A model generated the notes under the pieces. It saw only the letters and a list, made by a program, of their open reading frames with translations, was not told where the DNA came from and searched no databases. From a virus (Duplodnaviria; Caudoviricetes), in the IMG/VR virus record IMGVR_UViG_3300009506_000039, positions 1 to 56,262 of that record: a stretch of DNA of 56,262 bases; one strand, given 5' to 3'. Shown here piece by piece: positions 1 through 8,200 of this stretch (position 1 is the stretch's first letter; every line of letters begins with the position of its first letter). The position numbers and the translations under genes are program-made.

Positions 1-135
1 GACGCTGCGGCGGGCTCGACCTACTACATATACGCTCCGTCAGGCGCAGACGAGACAATCGACTATGTCGCGGGCGGCACGGCGGCAGACGCGGGGGCGG
101 CGACCGTGTACGTGATCTATACCCGGATTCAGTAA
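1..135 (+). CDS. 3' end of small virion/head decoration-type protein (partial)
   Basis: Frame 1 open from base 1 to TAA 133-135: DAAAGSTYYIYAPSGADETIDYVAGGTAADAGAATVYVIYTRIQ; Gly/Ala-rich beta-type C-terminus. Confidence 0.6.
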   Translation, partial: DAAAGSTYYIYAPSGADETIDYVAGGTAADAGAATVYVIYTRIQ

Positions 136-138
136 CCC

Positions 139-753
139 ATGATCTCAGACGTTCGGATTGTCGCGGGCGACTTGATCGCAATCGGGGGCGCGTCTGATCA
201 CACCCTCTTTGAGGCAGACGGCACCATGCGCTTTGTTGGGGGCGCGGCTGTCTGGGACGATCTCGTCATGCCGATCTCGATCACAAAGCTCGGCGCGAGT
301 GCGCCCGCCTGGACGTCGTTCTTTGGAAATCTGTCTCAATACACTTTCGACGTGGACGACTACGTCGAGGGTGCTGTCGAGCTCCTGCACGGTTACAAGC
401 AAGGCACAAACCTTGAGGTCCACGCGCACATTGTAACCCAGGGCGCAGAGGCAAGCAAGGAAGCGCGGTACACGTTTGAGTACTGGGTCGCCAACATGAA
501 CGCAGCGTCGACAAGTACGGAGACACTCGACTCTCAAGACGTCGCGCTCACGAACGCAAACGGACACCATCAGTATGTCGACTTGGGATCAATCGACGGG
601 ACGAGCTTACAGATCGGGGCGATTGTCTGCTTTATGTTCAAGCGTGTGGCGCTTGCAGACGGCGGCGATCCCACGTCTGACCCCTTTGTCGTTTCTGTCG
701 GCATACACATAGAACACGACACGGCGGGAAGTCGATCAGAAACCGCCAAATAG
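139..753 (+). CDS. Putative virion structural protein (204 aa)
   Basis: Tightly packed in + strand structural operon; acidic, beta-rich composition. Confidence 0.6.
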   Translation: MISDVRIVAGDLIAIGGASDHTLFEADGTMRFVGGAAVWDDLVMPISITKLGASAPAWTSFFGNLSQYTFDVDDYVEGAVELLHGYKQGTNLEVHAHIVTQGAEASKEARYTFEYWVANMNAASTSTETLDSQDVALTNANGHHQYVDLGSIDGTSLQIGAIVCFMFKRVALADGGDPTSDPFVVSVGIHIEHDTAGSRSETAK

Positions 754-764
754 GAGAACAACAC

Positions 765-1139
765 ATGGACGAGCGTATTATCTGCATCCCCCTGCCCGCA
801 GTGTACCCAGGCGCAAGCGCCGCACTCGGGGCGAACTATGCATACTTTACCATGCCGTGCAACGGCACCCTTTTGTACGTCTCGGCTGCGGGGGCGGCTG
901 ATGACACTGGCCTAGCCCTGGACGTGAACGACGACGGGACCGCTATCGTGAGCGCGGTTGACTGCGCCGACGCTAGTGCCCCCGGTACGTGGAAGTCGAG
1001 ACACTATGGCGGCAGCAACGATCCCGTGGAGATTGCGCGCGGCAGCGTCATGAGCCTTACCGCCGCAAACGCCGCAAACGGCAACACCATCGTGGGCTTT
1101 ATGCTCGTCGCCTTGGGCGAGGACAAGGGCCACAGCTAA
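765..1139 (+). CDS. Putative head decoration/structural protein (124 aa)
   Basis: RBS AGGAG at ~752; small Ala/Gly/Asp-rich beta protein; followed by hairpins. Confidence 0.6.
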   Translation: MDERIICIPLPAVYPGASAALGANYAYFTMPCNGTLLYVSAAGAADDTGLALDVNDDGTAIVSAVDCADASAPGTWKSRHYGGSNDPVEIARGSVMSLTAANAANGNTIVGFMLVALGEDKGHS

Positions 1140-1196
1140 CCCCCGCCCGAGGGGGTTGATCTAGGGGCGCACGTCGCCGAGTCGTGCGCCCTCTTT
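1138..1196 (+). terminator. Two tandem hairpins, probable terminator/processing site after head genes
   Basis: AACCCCC-gcccga-GGGGGTT (1138-1157); GGGCGCACG...CGTGCGCCC (1165-1191) followed by TCTTT. Confidence 0.5.
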
Positions 1197-1211
1197 CACG
1201 AGGAGACGAAC

Positions 1212-1487
1212 ATGGCCGAATCGTTCACGACAAGAGCAAGCGCAGCGCTTGCCCCGACACCTGTTCCCGGCTCAAAGCCTTGGCCCCCAGTCTGGGAGCA
1301 AGACGAGCTCAAGCTCGTCAGAAAGATCGCCAAAGTGCTCGACATTGATCCCGGCCTGATCTGGGGCTACAGAGACGTACCGCTCGACGGGTACTGGGTT
1401 GTAACCCTCAACCTGGGGATCAAAGGTTGCCCCCAGTTCAAGATCGCATATGACGACAAGGGTGAGCCGTCAAGGCTGGTGCCATGA
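1212..1487 (+). CDS. Hypothetical protein (91 aa)
   Basis: RBS GAGGAG at 1200; ATGA overlap with next gene. Confidence 0.7.
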   Translation: MAESFTTRASAALAPTPVPGSKPWPPVWEQDELKLVRKIAKVLDIDPGLIWGYRDVPLDGYWVVTLNLGIKGCPQFKIAYDDKGEPSRLVP

Positions 1488-1759
1488 TGGGAGTCTGGGG
1501 AAACAAGAGCACAACCGCAGCGGTCACGGTCAAGAGCTCACCGGGCGTCTTTTTCGGCGTCTCGATCTGTGGCGGCGCGGATGCTGCGACGTGCACTGTG
1601 TACAACAACACGAGCGCGGCGGGGGAAGTGCTTGCCAAGCTCGGCGTGGGCGCGGGGCTCTCTGGCAGCGTGATCTTGCCGGGTGGCGTGCGTGCAGACA
1701 AGGGCATACATGTCGCCTTGACGGGCACGACGCCACAGATCAACGTATACTTCGGATAG
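1484..1759 (+). CDS. Small beta-rich virion protein (91 aa)
   Basis: Translational coupling; VKSSPG...TVYNNTSAAG...GIHVALTGT pattern like small phage structural proteins. Confidence 0.65.
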   Translation: MMGVWGNKSTTAAVTVKSSPGVFFGVSICGGADAATCTVYNNTSAAGEVLAKLGVGAGLSGSVILPGGVRADKGIHVALTGTTPQINVYFG

Positions 1760-1769
1760 CGGGCAACCG

Positions 1770-2489
1770 ATGATTGTCAGCCGACCGGGGCAGCGGATTC
1801 TTGCGATTCCGGGAGATGGGGTGCGGGTGGTGCAGCCGCGGGGAGGGGCTGCACCAGCATTCCCGCTCGTCATTCGTCACGAAACTGGTCTAAGCGAGTA
1901 TGACAGCGTGGTGGATGGCGGCGGGGACCTGAGCCAGTCTGCGGACGCGGCATTGGCGGGGACGAGTGGCGGCTTGCTGGTCTTGGTGAATGATACGGCT
2001 TCGATCTATGGGGAGAAGGCGATCTCTCTGTCCGCGGACAAGCTGCGGCTGCGAATCTACTTTGACCCGAATTCGCTGACGATGGCGAATAATGATTCCT
2101 TTGCGTTCCTACAGGTCAAGGGTGCCGTGAGCACGGTGCTCTCGCTGCACTTCTTGTACCAGTCGGGGTACAAGCTACAGGTGTATTTTGTGCAGGACGG
2201 CAACAACTGGAGCAAGACCTTTTCCCCGTCGATCACGGACGCGCCCCACTATGTCGAGATTTACATGGTCCGCGAGAGCGCGGACGGGTGGAACGATGGA
2301 ACGGGTCAGATGTGGATCGACGGGGCTTCGGCGGGAACCTCGTCCGGGATCGGGAACTACAACTGTTTCAACGCGATCAACAGGATTGCGGTGGGCGCGG
2401 TAGGCGGGATCGACGCGGGAACCTCGGGCACATTCTACCTGGACGAGCTTGTCGTTCGGGATGACGACGTGGCTATTGGTCCGGTGTAA
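1770..2489 (+). CDS. Concanavalin/LamG-like carbohydrate-binding virion protein; paralogue of 17768-18469
   Basis: HYVEI...DGTGQMWIDG...GTFYLDELVVRD beta-sandwich motifs; shares RHETxLSEYDS, GGDLSQ, YxDPNxLTMAN and GIDAGTSGTFYLDEL blocks with the tail-end paralogue. Confidence 0.6.
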   Translation: MIVSRPGQRILAIPGDGVRVVQPRGGAAPAFPLVIRHETGLSEYDSVVDGGGDLSQSADAALAGTSGGLLVLVNDTASIYGEKAISLSADKLRLRIYFDPNSLTMANNDSFAFLQVKGAVSTVLSLHFLYQSGYKLQVYFVQDGNNWSKTFSPSITDAPHYVEIYMVRESADGWNDGTGQMWIDGASAGTSSGIGNYNCFNAINRIAVGAVGGIDAGTSGTFYLDELVVRDDDVAIGPV

Positions 2490-2506
2490 AGGAGGATTTT
2501 GTTAAA

Positions 2507-2779
2507 ATGGCATCACAACACATCGAGATTCCGAGCACAGCAAGTCGACTCAGTGCAGACGTTCGGCGGGCGATCGACGATCTGGAATCGCTGCAAGACG
2601 CATTCGCCAACATCAAGGCGATCTTTGATCAAGTGACCTACGGCGGGGATTATGCCTCGCTGGCGACAAAGCTCGGCGTCACAGAAGCCGAGGCCGAGAC
2701 GATATACAATATCTGGGGCAGTGCGACGACTGAGATCGCCGGCACGTTCTTGACTCAGCTACAGTCCCGGCTCGGGTAG
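2507..2779 (+). CDS. Hypothetical helical protein (90 aa)
   Basis: RBS AAGGAGG at ~2489. Confidence 0.75.
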   Translation: MASQHIEIPSTASRLSADVRRAIDDLESLQDAFANIKAIFDQVTYGGDYASLATKLGVTEAEAETIYNIWGSATTEIAGTFLTQLQSRLG

Positions 2780-2786
2780 GTGAGCG

Positions 2787-3623
2787 ATGACAAGCCAAGT
2801 ACCACCTGTCAAAGGTAGCGCGTACTCGTTCGAGGTGTCTGTGGTGTCACAAGGCGACACAGACACCTTTCAGACGTCGGTGACGCTGGCGGCTGGCGAT
2901 GTGACAGTACACAAAGACGGGGGGTCGGCTGCGAACATCGACGCGCTTCCGACCGAGATCGGGACGACCGGCGTGCTGACGGTGACTCTGACCGGATCGG
3001 AAATGAACGCAGATCGGGTGGTAGTTCGATTCCATGACGTTGCGGGGGACGAGTGGCAAGACGTGCTAGTGATCATACACACGGCAGCGCAAACACTCGA
3101 CACCACAGACGCGGCAGTCGACTCGAACACATCGGCGATCGCGGCGTTGAACGATCTGGACGCGGCGGGCATACGATCGGCGCTAGGGCTTGCCTCCGCA
3201 AACCTTGACGCGCAGCTTGCAGCGTTGCCCACAGCAAGCGAAAACGCCGACGCAGTGCTCGACGAGGCGCTTGCCGATCACGACACAGAGGACACGCTCG
3301 GAAACGTTCTCAACGATCTCGTCGAGGAAGAATCTGACACCTATCGCTTTACGTCGAGTGCGCTTGTTCAAGCTGCGCAAGGCTCTCCGGGCTCGGGCGG
3401 GATCGAGTTCGTGTACACTTTGACGAGCTCGGTGGATGACGCGGCAATTGTCGACGCCGACGTCTGGGCGACGAGTGACGAGGACGGAAATGTCATCTTG
3501 GCAAGCGGGTCGACAGACAGCAACGGGCAAGTCACATTCTACCTTGACGCGGGCACTGTGTACATATGGCGGCAAAAGAATGGTTGGAACTTCACCAACC
3601 CAGACACGGAAACGGTGAGCTAA
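2787..3623 (+). CDS. Putative virion structural protein with C-terminal Ig/prealbumin-like domain; related to 15300-16271
   Basis: GDVTVHKDGGSAANI resembles TDVYLSKNGAAFANP; C-terminal GSTDSNGQVTFYLDAGTVYIW. Confidence 0.6.
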   Translation: MTSQVPPVKGSAYSFEVSVVSQGDTDTFQTSVTLAAGDVTVHKDGGSAANIDALPTEIGTTGVLTVTLTGSEMNADRVVVRFHDVAGDEWQDVLVIIHTAAQTLDTTDAAVDSNTSAIAALNDLDAAGIRSALGLASANLDAQLAALPTASENADAVLDEALADHDTEDTLGNVLNDLVEEESDTYRFTSSALVQAAQGSPGSGGIEFVYTLTSSVDDAAIVDADVWATSDEDGNVILASGSTDSNGQVTFYLDAGTVYIWRQKNGWNFTNPDTETVS

Positions 3624-3624
3624 C

Positions 3625-4575
3625 ATGTCAACAGGATCGGGCACGGGCACCCCGTCAACCGCTGGCGGCGCGTCTGGCTACATTTTGCTTTCTGAGATCA
3701 AGGCGCTCTTGGACACACACTTGCCCGACATAAGCACGACTCTCTTTCCGACCCTGATCAGATACCGTCAAGTCAAGGCTGCACACGAGCAGTACTGTCG
3801 AGACTGGCCCGATCTTGGGCTTGCAGAGTCGGCGGGCGATGGCGGGCGCTATTACGCGATCACGTCCCTTATATCTGACTGGGTAGAGGGCTTTTCACAA
3901 GTGCGCTCTGTCGAGTATCCGGCTGCGACGTTCTCAAGTGACGAGTCGCCTGCAATGCTCAAGCGTGCTGACTGGCGGGATGATGCCTGGGCGCTCGTCT
4001 CGACTGTCAGAACGCGGCACTTGTACTTTCCAGCGCACGCCCCCGCGTCGACAGAGACTATGAGGATCACATACACGCGCCCGTGGTTGTTCTCAGAGAG
4101 CTCGACAGTAACGTCCGTCACACAGTCGGCGCATGGGTTCTCAGAGGACGATCTTGTCTTTTATGACGACACACAGAGCACGCCCGTCTGGACGGAGGCA
4201 GCGAGTCAGAGACTTGCCACACACAAGATCGCGACCGTGCCCTCAAGTAGCACTTTCACCGCCAACGTGTTACAGACGAACGCTCCGACGTTCCACTTGT
4301 ACGCGCTCTCGTTTCTTGCGGCGTCGTTCTCTTGTCAGGCTCTCGCAGTGCAAATGAGTCAGGCGGGCATGACGCTCGTCGACGTCGACAGTGCGTCGCA
4401 CGACCACAAGGCTATGGAGTTCCGTGCAAGCGCCAAAGAGTTCATGGCTCTGTACCGCTCCGCTCTCGGGCTCGATCACGGGCCGCGCGCGGGCTCTGAC
4501 TTTGCAGACCTGGGCTATACGCCGCATCTTATGCGCCCGTTCTTGCTGCGCCCGACTCTGGGGAGGGGCACGTGA
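3625..4575 (+). CDS. Putative head-tail adaptor/neck protein (316 aa)
   Basis: Position between head and tail genes; adaptor-like C-terminus (ALSFLAAS...DHKAMEFRASAKEF). Confidence 0.5.
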   Translation: MSTGSGTGTPSTAGGASGYILLSEIKALLDTHLPDISTTLFPTLIRYRQVKAAHEQYCRDWPDLGLAESAGDGGRYYAITSLISDWVEGFSQVRSVEYPAATFSSDESPAMLKRADWRDDAWALVSTVRTRHLYFPAHAPASTETMRITYTRPWLFSESSTVTSVTQSAHGFSEDDLVFYDDTQSTPVWTEAASQRLATHKIATVPSSSTFTANVLQTNAPTFHLYALSFLAASFSCQALAVQMSQAGMTLVDVDSASHDHKAMEFRASAKEFMALYRSALGLDHGPRAGSDFADLGYTPHLMRPFLLRPTLGRGT

Positions 4576-5078
4576 GTCTTGAGACCCTGATCACTCAAGT
4601 GGTCACAGAGATCAACAAAGTGACTGACGTCGGCAACGTGTACAATTATGAGCGCTGGGCGGCGTTTCTCTCAAAGGCGCTCGACATTGCAAAGTACACG
4701 ACGTCAGACGGTGACAGCGTGATCCGCTTCTGGACCGTCACATGCGCAAAGACGCCGCAAGACTGGGCGCCCACAAAGCACAATCCGGGCGGCATACGGG
4801 GGCGACTGCGAGAGTATGAGCTCGTGATCCGGGGTGTCTTTGGACACTCGGACGCGTCACAGTCAGAGCTCGACGCGCGGCCGCTCGTCTTTTCTGTAAT
4901 GGACATAATCGACGCAAGCACGACGATCCACAGCGCGCAAGCGTTCGGCGCAGACAGCACAAAAATCCTTTTCGCAGAGCCGGTGCAGCTTTTCATGTTT
5001 GACACCGTGCTCGTTCAAGGTGCGGGCATGCTCTGTCATTATGCAGAGCTCCACCTCAAGGCACAGGAGACAGTATAA
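4572..5078 (+). CDS. Putative tail terminator/completion protein (168 aa)
   Basis: Size and position; GTGA overlap; alpha/beta pattern ending LCHYAELHL. Confidence 0.5.
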   Translation: MSLETLITQVVTEINKVTDVGNVYNYERWAAFLSKALDIAKYTTSDGDSVIRFWTVTCAKTPQDWAPTKHNPGGIRGRLREYELVIRGVFGHSDASQSELDARPLVFSVMDIIDASTTIHSAQAFGADSTKILFAEPVQLFMFDTVLVQGAGMLCHYAELHLKAQETV

Positions 5079-5080
5079 GC

Positions 5081-5308
5081 ATGAGTGACAAAGGCGAACG
5101 GACAGACGCCCCAACAGAGCCTACGCCCCCGCGCGTGCGCAAGCACGAGCACGAGGGCAAGCTCGTCGGCGTCAGGGGCAAGCGCGCGATCTATCGCGTC
5201 ACAGACGGCAAGCGCGCGCTCTTGACGAGCACGCTCGGCATCCTGGGCGAGCCAATTGTCGCCCTGGCTCAAGACGAGCTCGACGCGATCCCGATGGCGG
5301 CGAACTGA
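5081..5308 (+). CDS. Hypothetical protein (75 aa)
   Basis: Fills gap between 5078 and 5310 in the same operon. Confidence 0.6.
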   Translation: MSDKGERTDAPTEPTPPRVRKHEHEGKLVGVRGKRAIYRVTDGKRALLTSTLGILGEPIVALAQDELDAIPMAAN

Positions 5309-5309
5309 C

Positions 5310-5891
5310 ATGAACTATACGGGAGAGAGAATTATCCCCTGGAATCCTGTCGGCGCGAACGTCCTTGGCGCGCATGTCGCGCGCTATGCATGGGCTGTGC
5401 GTCTTGCGTATGGTCGTCGAGTCGTCGACTTTGGCTGTGGGTCTGGGTATGGCTCCTTTATGCTCTCTTGGGGCGCAAAGCACGTGATCGGGCTCGACGT
5501 CGATCCCGAGGCTGTGCAGTACGCGCGCGATCATTTTGTCGCCGACAATCTCGTCTTTTTCGAGGGCGATGCAACCGCGCCAAGTGAGCAAGTGCGAGAC
5601 GCGTGCAAGGGTGCAGAGCTCATGATCGCGTTCGAGGTCGTCGAGCACCTTGATCGGCCCGCCGACTTGATCGGGTTCGCGCAAGCGCTGCCCCTTGCGC
5701 TTATGTACTCTGTACCCATCGGCGACGGATCGACGTTTCACAGAACTGTGTACAGTCTGCAAGACGCGCTTGCGATCGGGGGCTTGCGCTATGCGCAGAG
5801 TCGAGAGGGCACGATCTACCCGATAGATCGCGATCTCTCGTGCTTTCTCGCCCCCGAACAGATCGCGCACGTGATCGGGGTGCTCTCATGA
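5310..5891 (+). CDS. Class I SAM-dependent methyltransferase
   Basis: TGERI...HVARY; SAM motif VVDFGCGSGYG; IGLDVD; FEVVEHL; ATG at 5310. Confidence 0.9.
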   Translation: MNYTGERIIPWNPVGANVLGAHVARYAWAVRLAYGRRVVDFGCGSGYGSFMLSWGAKHVIGLDVDPEAVQYARDHFVADNLVFFEGDATAPSEQVRDACKGAELMIAFEVVEHLDRPADLIGFAQALPLALMYSVPIGDGSTFHRTVYSLQDALAIGGLRYAQSREGTIYPIDRDLSCFLAPEQIAHVIGVLS

Positions 5892-6958
5892 AAGTACAAG
5901 TGATCTATCCCGGCGCGACGTGGGCGGTATACGAGGTCGCGATCGGCTATGTCGAGGCGCTGCAAGAGCTCGGGCATACTGTTCGAGTGTTCAACTTTCA
6001 TGACACCTATGCCGTCTGGACTGACTTTTTCAACTTTCTCCACACGCGCAAGGGGGGCACGTTTCCCCCAGACGCCGCAACCATGTGGGCAAGCAAAATG
6101 TCGATTATAGACATGATCGAGTTCTTGCCAGACGTCGTGCTCGTGATCACGGGGCTTGCGTGGCACAAGCGCGCATACATGCTGGCGCACTGTCTCGACG
6201 TGCCGGTCGCTGTCTTGTTCACAGAGAGCCCGTACATGGACGATCAGCAAGCTCTCATTGCCAGCAAGGGCTTTGTGCGTCTTGCTTTCGTGAACGAAAA
6301 GACGAGCGTGGCGACGTTCGCAGAGAAAGCCCCAGACGTGCCGACTGTGTACTTGCCGCACTCTTTCAGCACAAAGCGGCACCGAGTCTTTGACGTCGAG
6401 CAAGAGTACAGATCGGACTTGTTCTTTCACGGCACCCGATGGGACGAGCGCGGCGCACTGCTCGACGCAATCGACTTGCCGGGACGAGACGTGCACATTT
6501 CCACGGCGCGCTTTGTGACGAGAGTCGATCTTGAGACGGGGCTCGAACGACAGACGGTCGAGGGGGAGGTCATCCCGAATGACGAGCTCGTCAAGTGGTA
6601 CAATGGCACAAAGATCGCGCTCAATCATCACAGACGCGACGTCTGGGGCGGGGGACTTGTCGCAGCGCATGCGGCATACTCTCTTGGCCCGCGTGCGTTT
6701 GAGATTGCGGCGACGAGGACTTGCCAACTATGCGACGATCAACGGCAAGAGCTCGTCGACGTCTTTGGCGACTCTGTCGCCACTTATGCGAATGCTCAAG
6801 AGCTTAACCGCAAAGCCGAGTACCTCTTGAGCCACGACGACGAGAGAACAGACATGGCCAGTGCTGCACTTGAGAGAGTGCGGGCGTGCTCATTCTTGAA
6901 CCGGGCGCGGGAGATCATGATCCCCGCAATCGAGCAACACATTATGAGAGGAGCATAG
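5888..6958 (+). CDS. Glycosyltransferase (CgeB-like, GT-B)
   Basis: YLPHSF...SDLFFHGT...R...YNGTKIALNHHR...LGPRAFEIAA...YLLSHDDER motifs; ATGA overlap with the methyltransferase stop. Confidence 0.85.
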   Translation: MKVQVIYPGATWAVYEVAIGYVEALQELGHTVRVFNFHDTYAVWTDFFNFLHTRKGGTFPPDAATMWASKMSIIDMIEFLPDVVLVITGLAWHKRAYMLAHCLDVPVAVLFTESPYMDDQQALIASKGFVRLAFVNEKTSVATFAEKAPDVPTVYLPHSFSTKRHRVFDVEQEYRSDLFFHGTRWDERGALLDAIDLPGRDVHISTARFVTRVDLETGLERQTVEGEVIPNDELVKWYNGTKIALNHHRRDVWGGGLVAAHAAYSLGPRAFEIAATRTCQLCDDQRQELVDVFGDSVATYANAQELNRKAEYLLSHDDERTDMASAALERVRACSFLNRAREIMIPAIEQHIMRGA

Positions 6959-6960
6959 TC

Positions 6961-7362
6961 ATGCCGAACATTACGGCAAAGCACGGCAAGAACAGTCTTG
7001 TGTATATCAATGGCTCACAGCTTACAGGAGCCAACTCTTGGAGTCTGGAAATTCAGCACGAGTTCGCAGAGTATGCCGGGTTCGGGGACACGTGGAAGTC
7101 AATTCTCTCCGGGCTGCAAAGCTGGTCGGGCGGCTTTGAGGCGTACTCTGATCACGACGCGCAGATTTTACAGACTGCGGTTCTGTATGATGGCACCCTC
7201 CCGATCCTGATCTATGACGATCAGTCAGATGGCTCGACGTACTATTCGGGCAGCGCCGGCTTTTCGTCGTTCGGGGCCGAGGGGGCAATGGACGCAGTGC
7301 AGACGCAAAGCGCCGAGTTCACCGGCGACGGCGCGCTTGCGGTCAACGGATTCTCAGCCTAG
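6961..7362 (+). CDS. Major tail tube protein (133 aa)
   Basis: HGKN...WSLEI...FGDTWK...GLQSWSG...YSGSA...FTGDGAL pattern; RBS GAGGAG; directly upstream of chaperone and tape measure. Confidence 0.8.
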   Translation: MPNITAKHGKNSLVYINGSQLTGANSWSLEIQHEFAEYAGFGDTWKSILSGLQSWSGGFEAYSDHDAQILQTAVLYDGTLPILIYDDQSDGSTYYSGSAGFSSFGAEGAMDAVQTQSAEFTGDGALAVNGFSA

Positions 7363-7414
7363 CCTTGGGACAAGACGCAGCACTCACATAACCCTATAAA
7401 GGAGTCAAAGCAGA

Positions 7415-7867
7415 ATGGCAGACAAGAAACGCAAAAGGACCAAGTTCGTGCCAAAGATCGTCGTGAGCTCGGACGATCTAGTCGTGATCGACGAGGACGC
7501 CCCAGAGGACGCGCCGCAAGAGGAGCGCGAATACTACCCGCACTATGGCGAGACAGTCACTTTTCGCAAGAGCGTGCCGCTCAAGGTCATGCGCACGCTC
7601 TCGACTGTCGCGCACGTGCAGAGTCTCGATCCTACTCAAGACCCGGAGGCGTTCGGGGATGCAGCGGAGGCGCTTGTGAGCGTCTTGGCTACCCAGATCA
7701 TAGACTGGACGTGGACAGATCACGACGGCGAGCCCATGCCCAGACCACGCCAAAAGACAGACTTTGTCGAGGCGCTTTGGACACTTGAGACTTATGAGCT
7801 CGTCTGGCTACAGCAACACATGGCAGACGGCGCGAAAGTCCCAAACCGACCAAGTACGCCGTCATAA
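7415..7867 (+). CDS. Tail assembly chaperone (gpG-like)
   Basis: Position; IIDWTWTDHDGEPMP motif; ends at slippery heptamer C CCA AAC (7840-7846). Confidence 0.8.
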   Translation: MADKKRKRTKFVPKIVVSSDDLVVIDEDAPEDAPQEEREYYPHYGETVTFRKSVPLKVMRTLSTVAHVQSLDPTQDPEAFGDAAEALVSVLATQIIDWTWTDHDGEPMPRPRQKTDFVEALWTLETYELVWLQQHMADGAKVPNRPSTPS

Positions 7868-8139
7868 AGTACGTTGACTCTCACGGGCGGGTCGGCCCGC
7901 CCTGGGAGCTCGTCGAGGCTTTGTTGTGTGAGCAGTACACACTGGCCCCCGATCCCGGTTCTCTTGCGGAGCAAGACGTCGGCAAGCTCTTGCGACTGTC
8001 AGAGCTCAAGACGATCTACACCGTAATGACCCGGTATAGGGATGACGGCATGAGGTACATGGCCCCCGGCGAAAAGCGCCTTTGCCGAGAGCTTATACAA
8101 TTGGAGTGGACCATGACGCGCGGCGGGGCGGTAGACTGA
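7840..8139 (+). CDS. Tail assembly chaperone -1 frameshift extension (gpGT-like)
   Basis: -1 frame open from 7840 (PKPTKYAVIKYVDSHGRVGPPWELVEALLCEQY...) to TGA 8139. Confidence 0.75.
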   Translation, partial: PKPTKYAVIKYVDSHGRVGPPWELVEALLCEQYTLAPDPGSLAEQDVGKLLRLSELKTIYTVMTRYRDDGMRYMAPGEKRLCRELIQLEWTMTRGGAVD

Positions 8140-8155
8140 AAGTCGCCCCGCCGCG
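8119..8155 (+). other. Strong GC hairpin over the gpGT stop, upstream of the tape measure RBS
   Basis: CGCGGCGGGGCG...GACT GAA AGTC...GCCCCGCCGCG inverted repeat. Confidence 0.55.
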
Positions 8156-8200
8156 GTTCTGACTTGGGCATGGGCGCACTCTCTGAGAGAGGTGCGTGCA

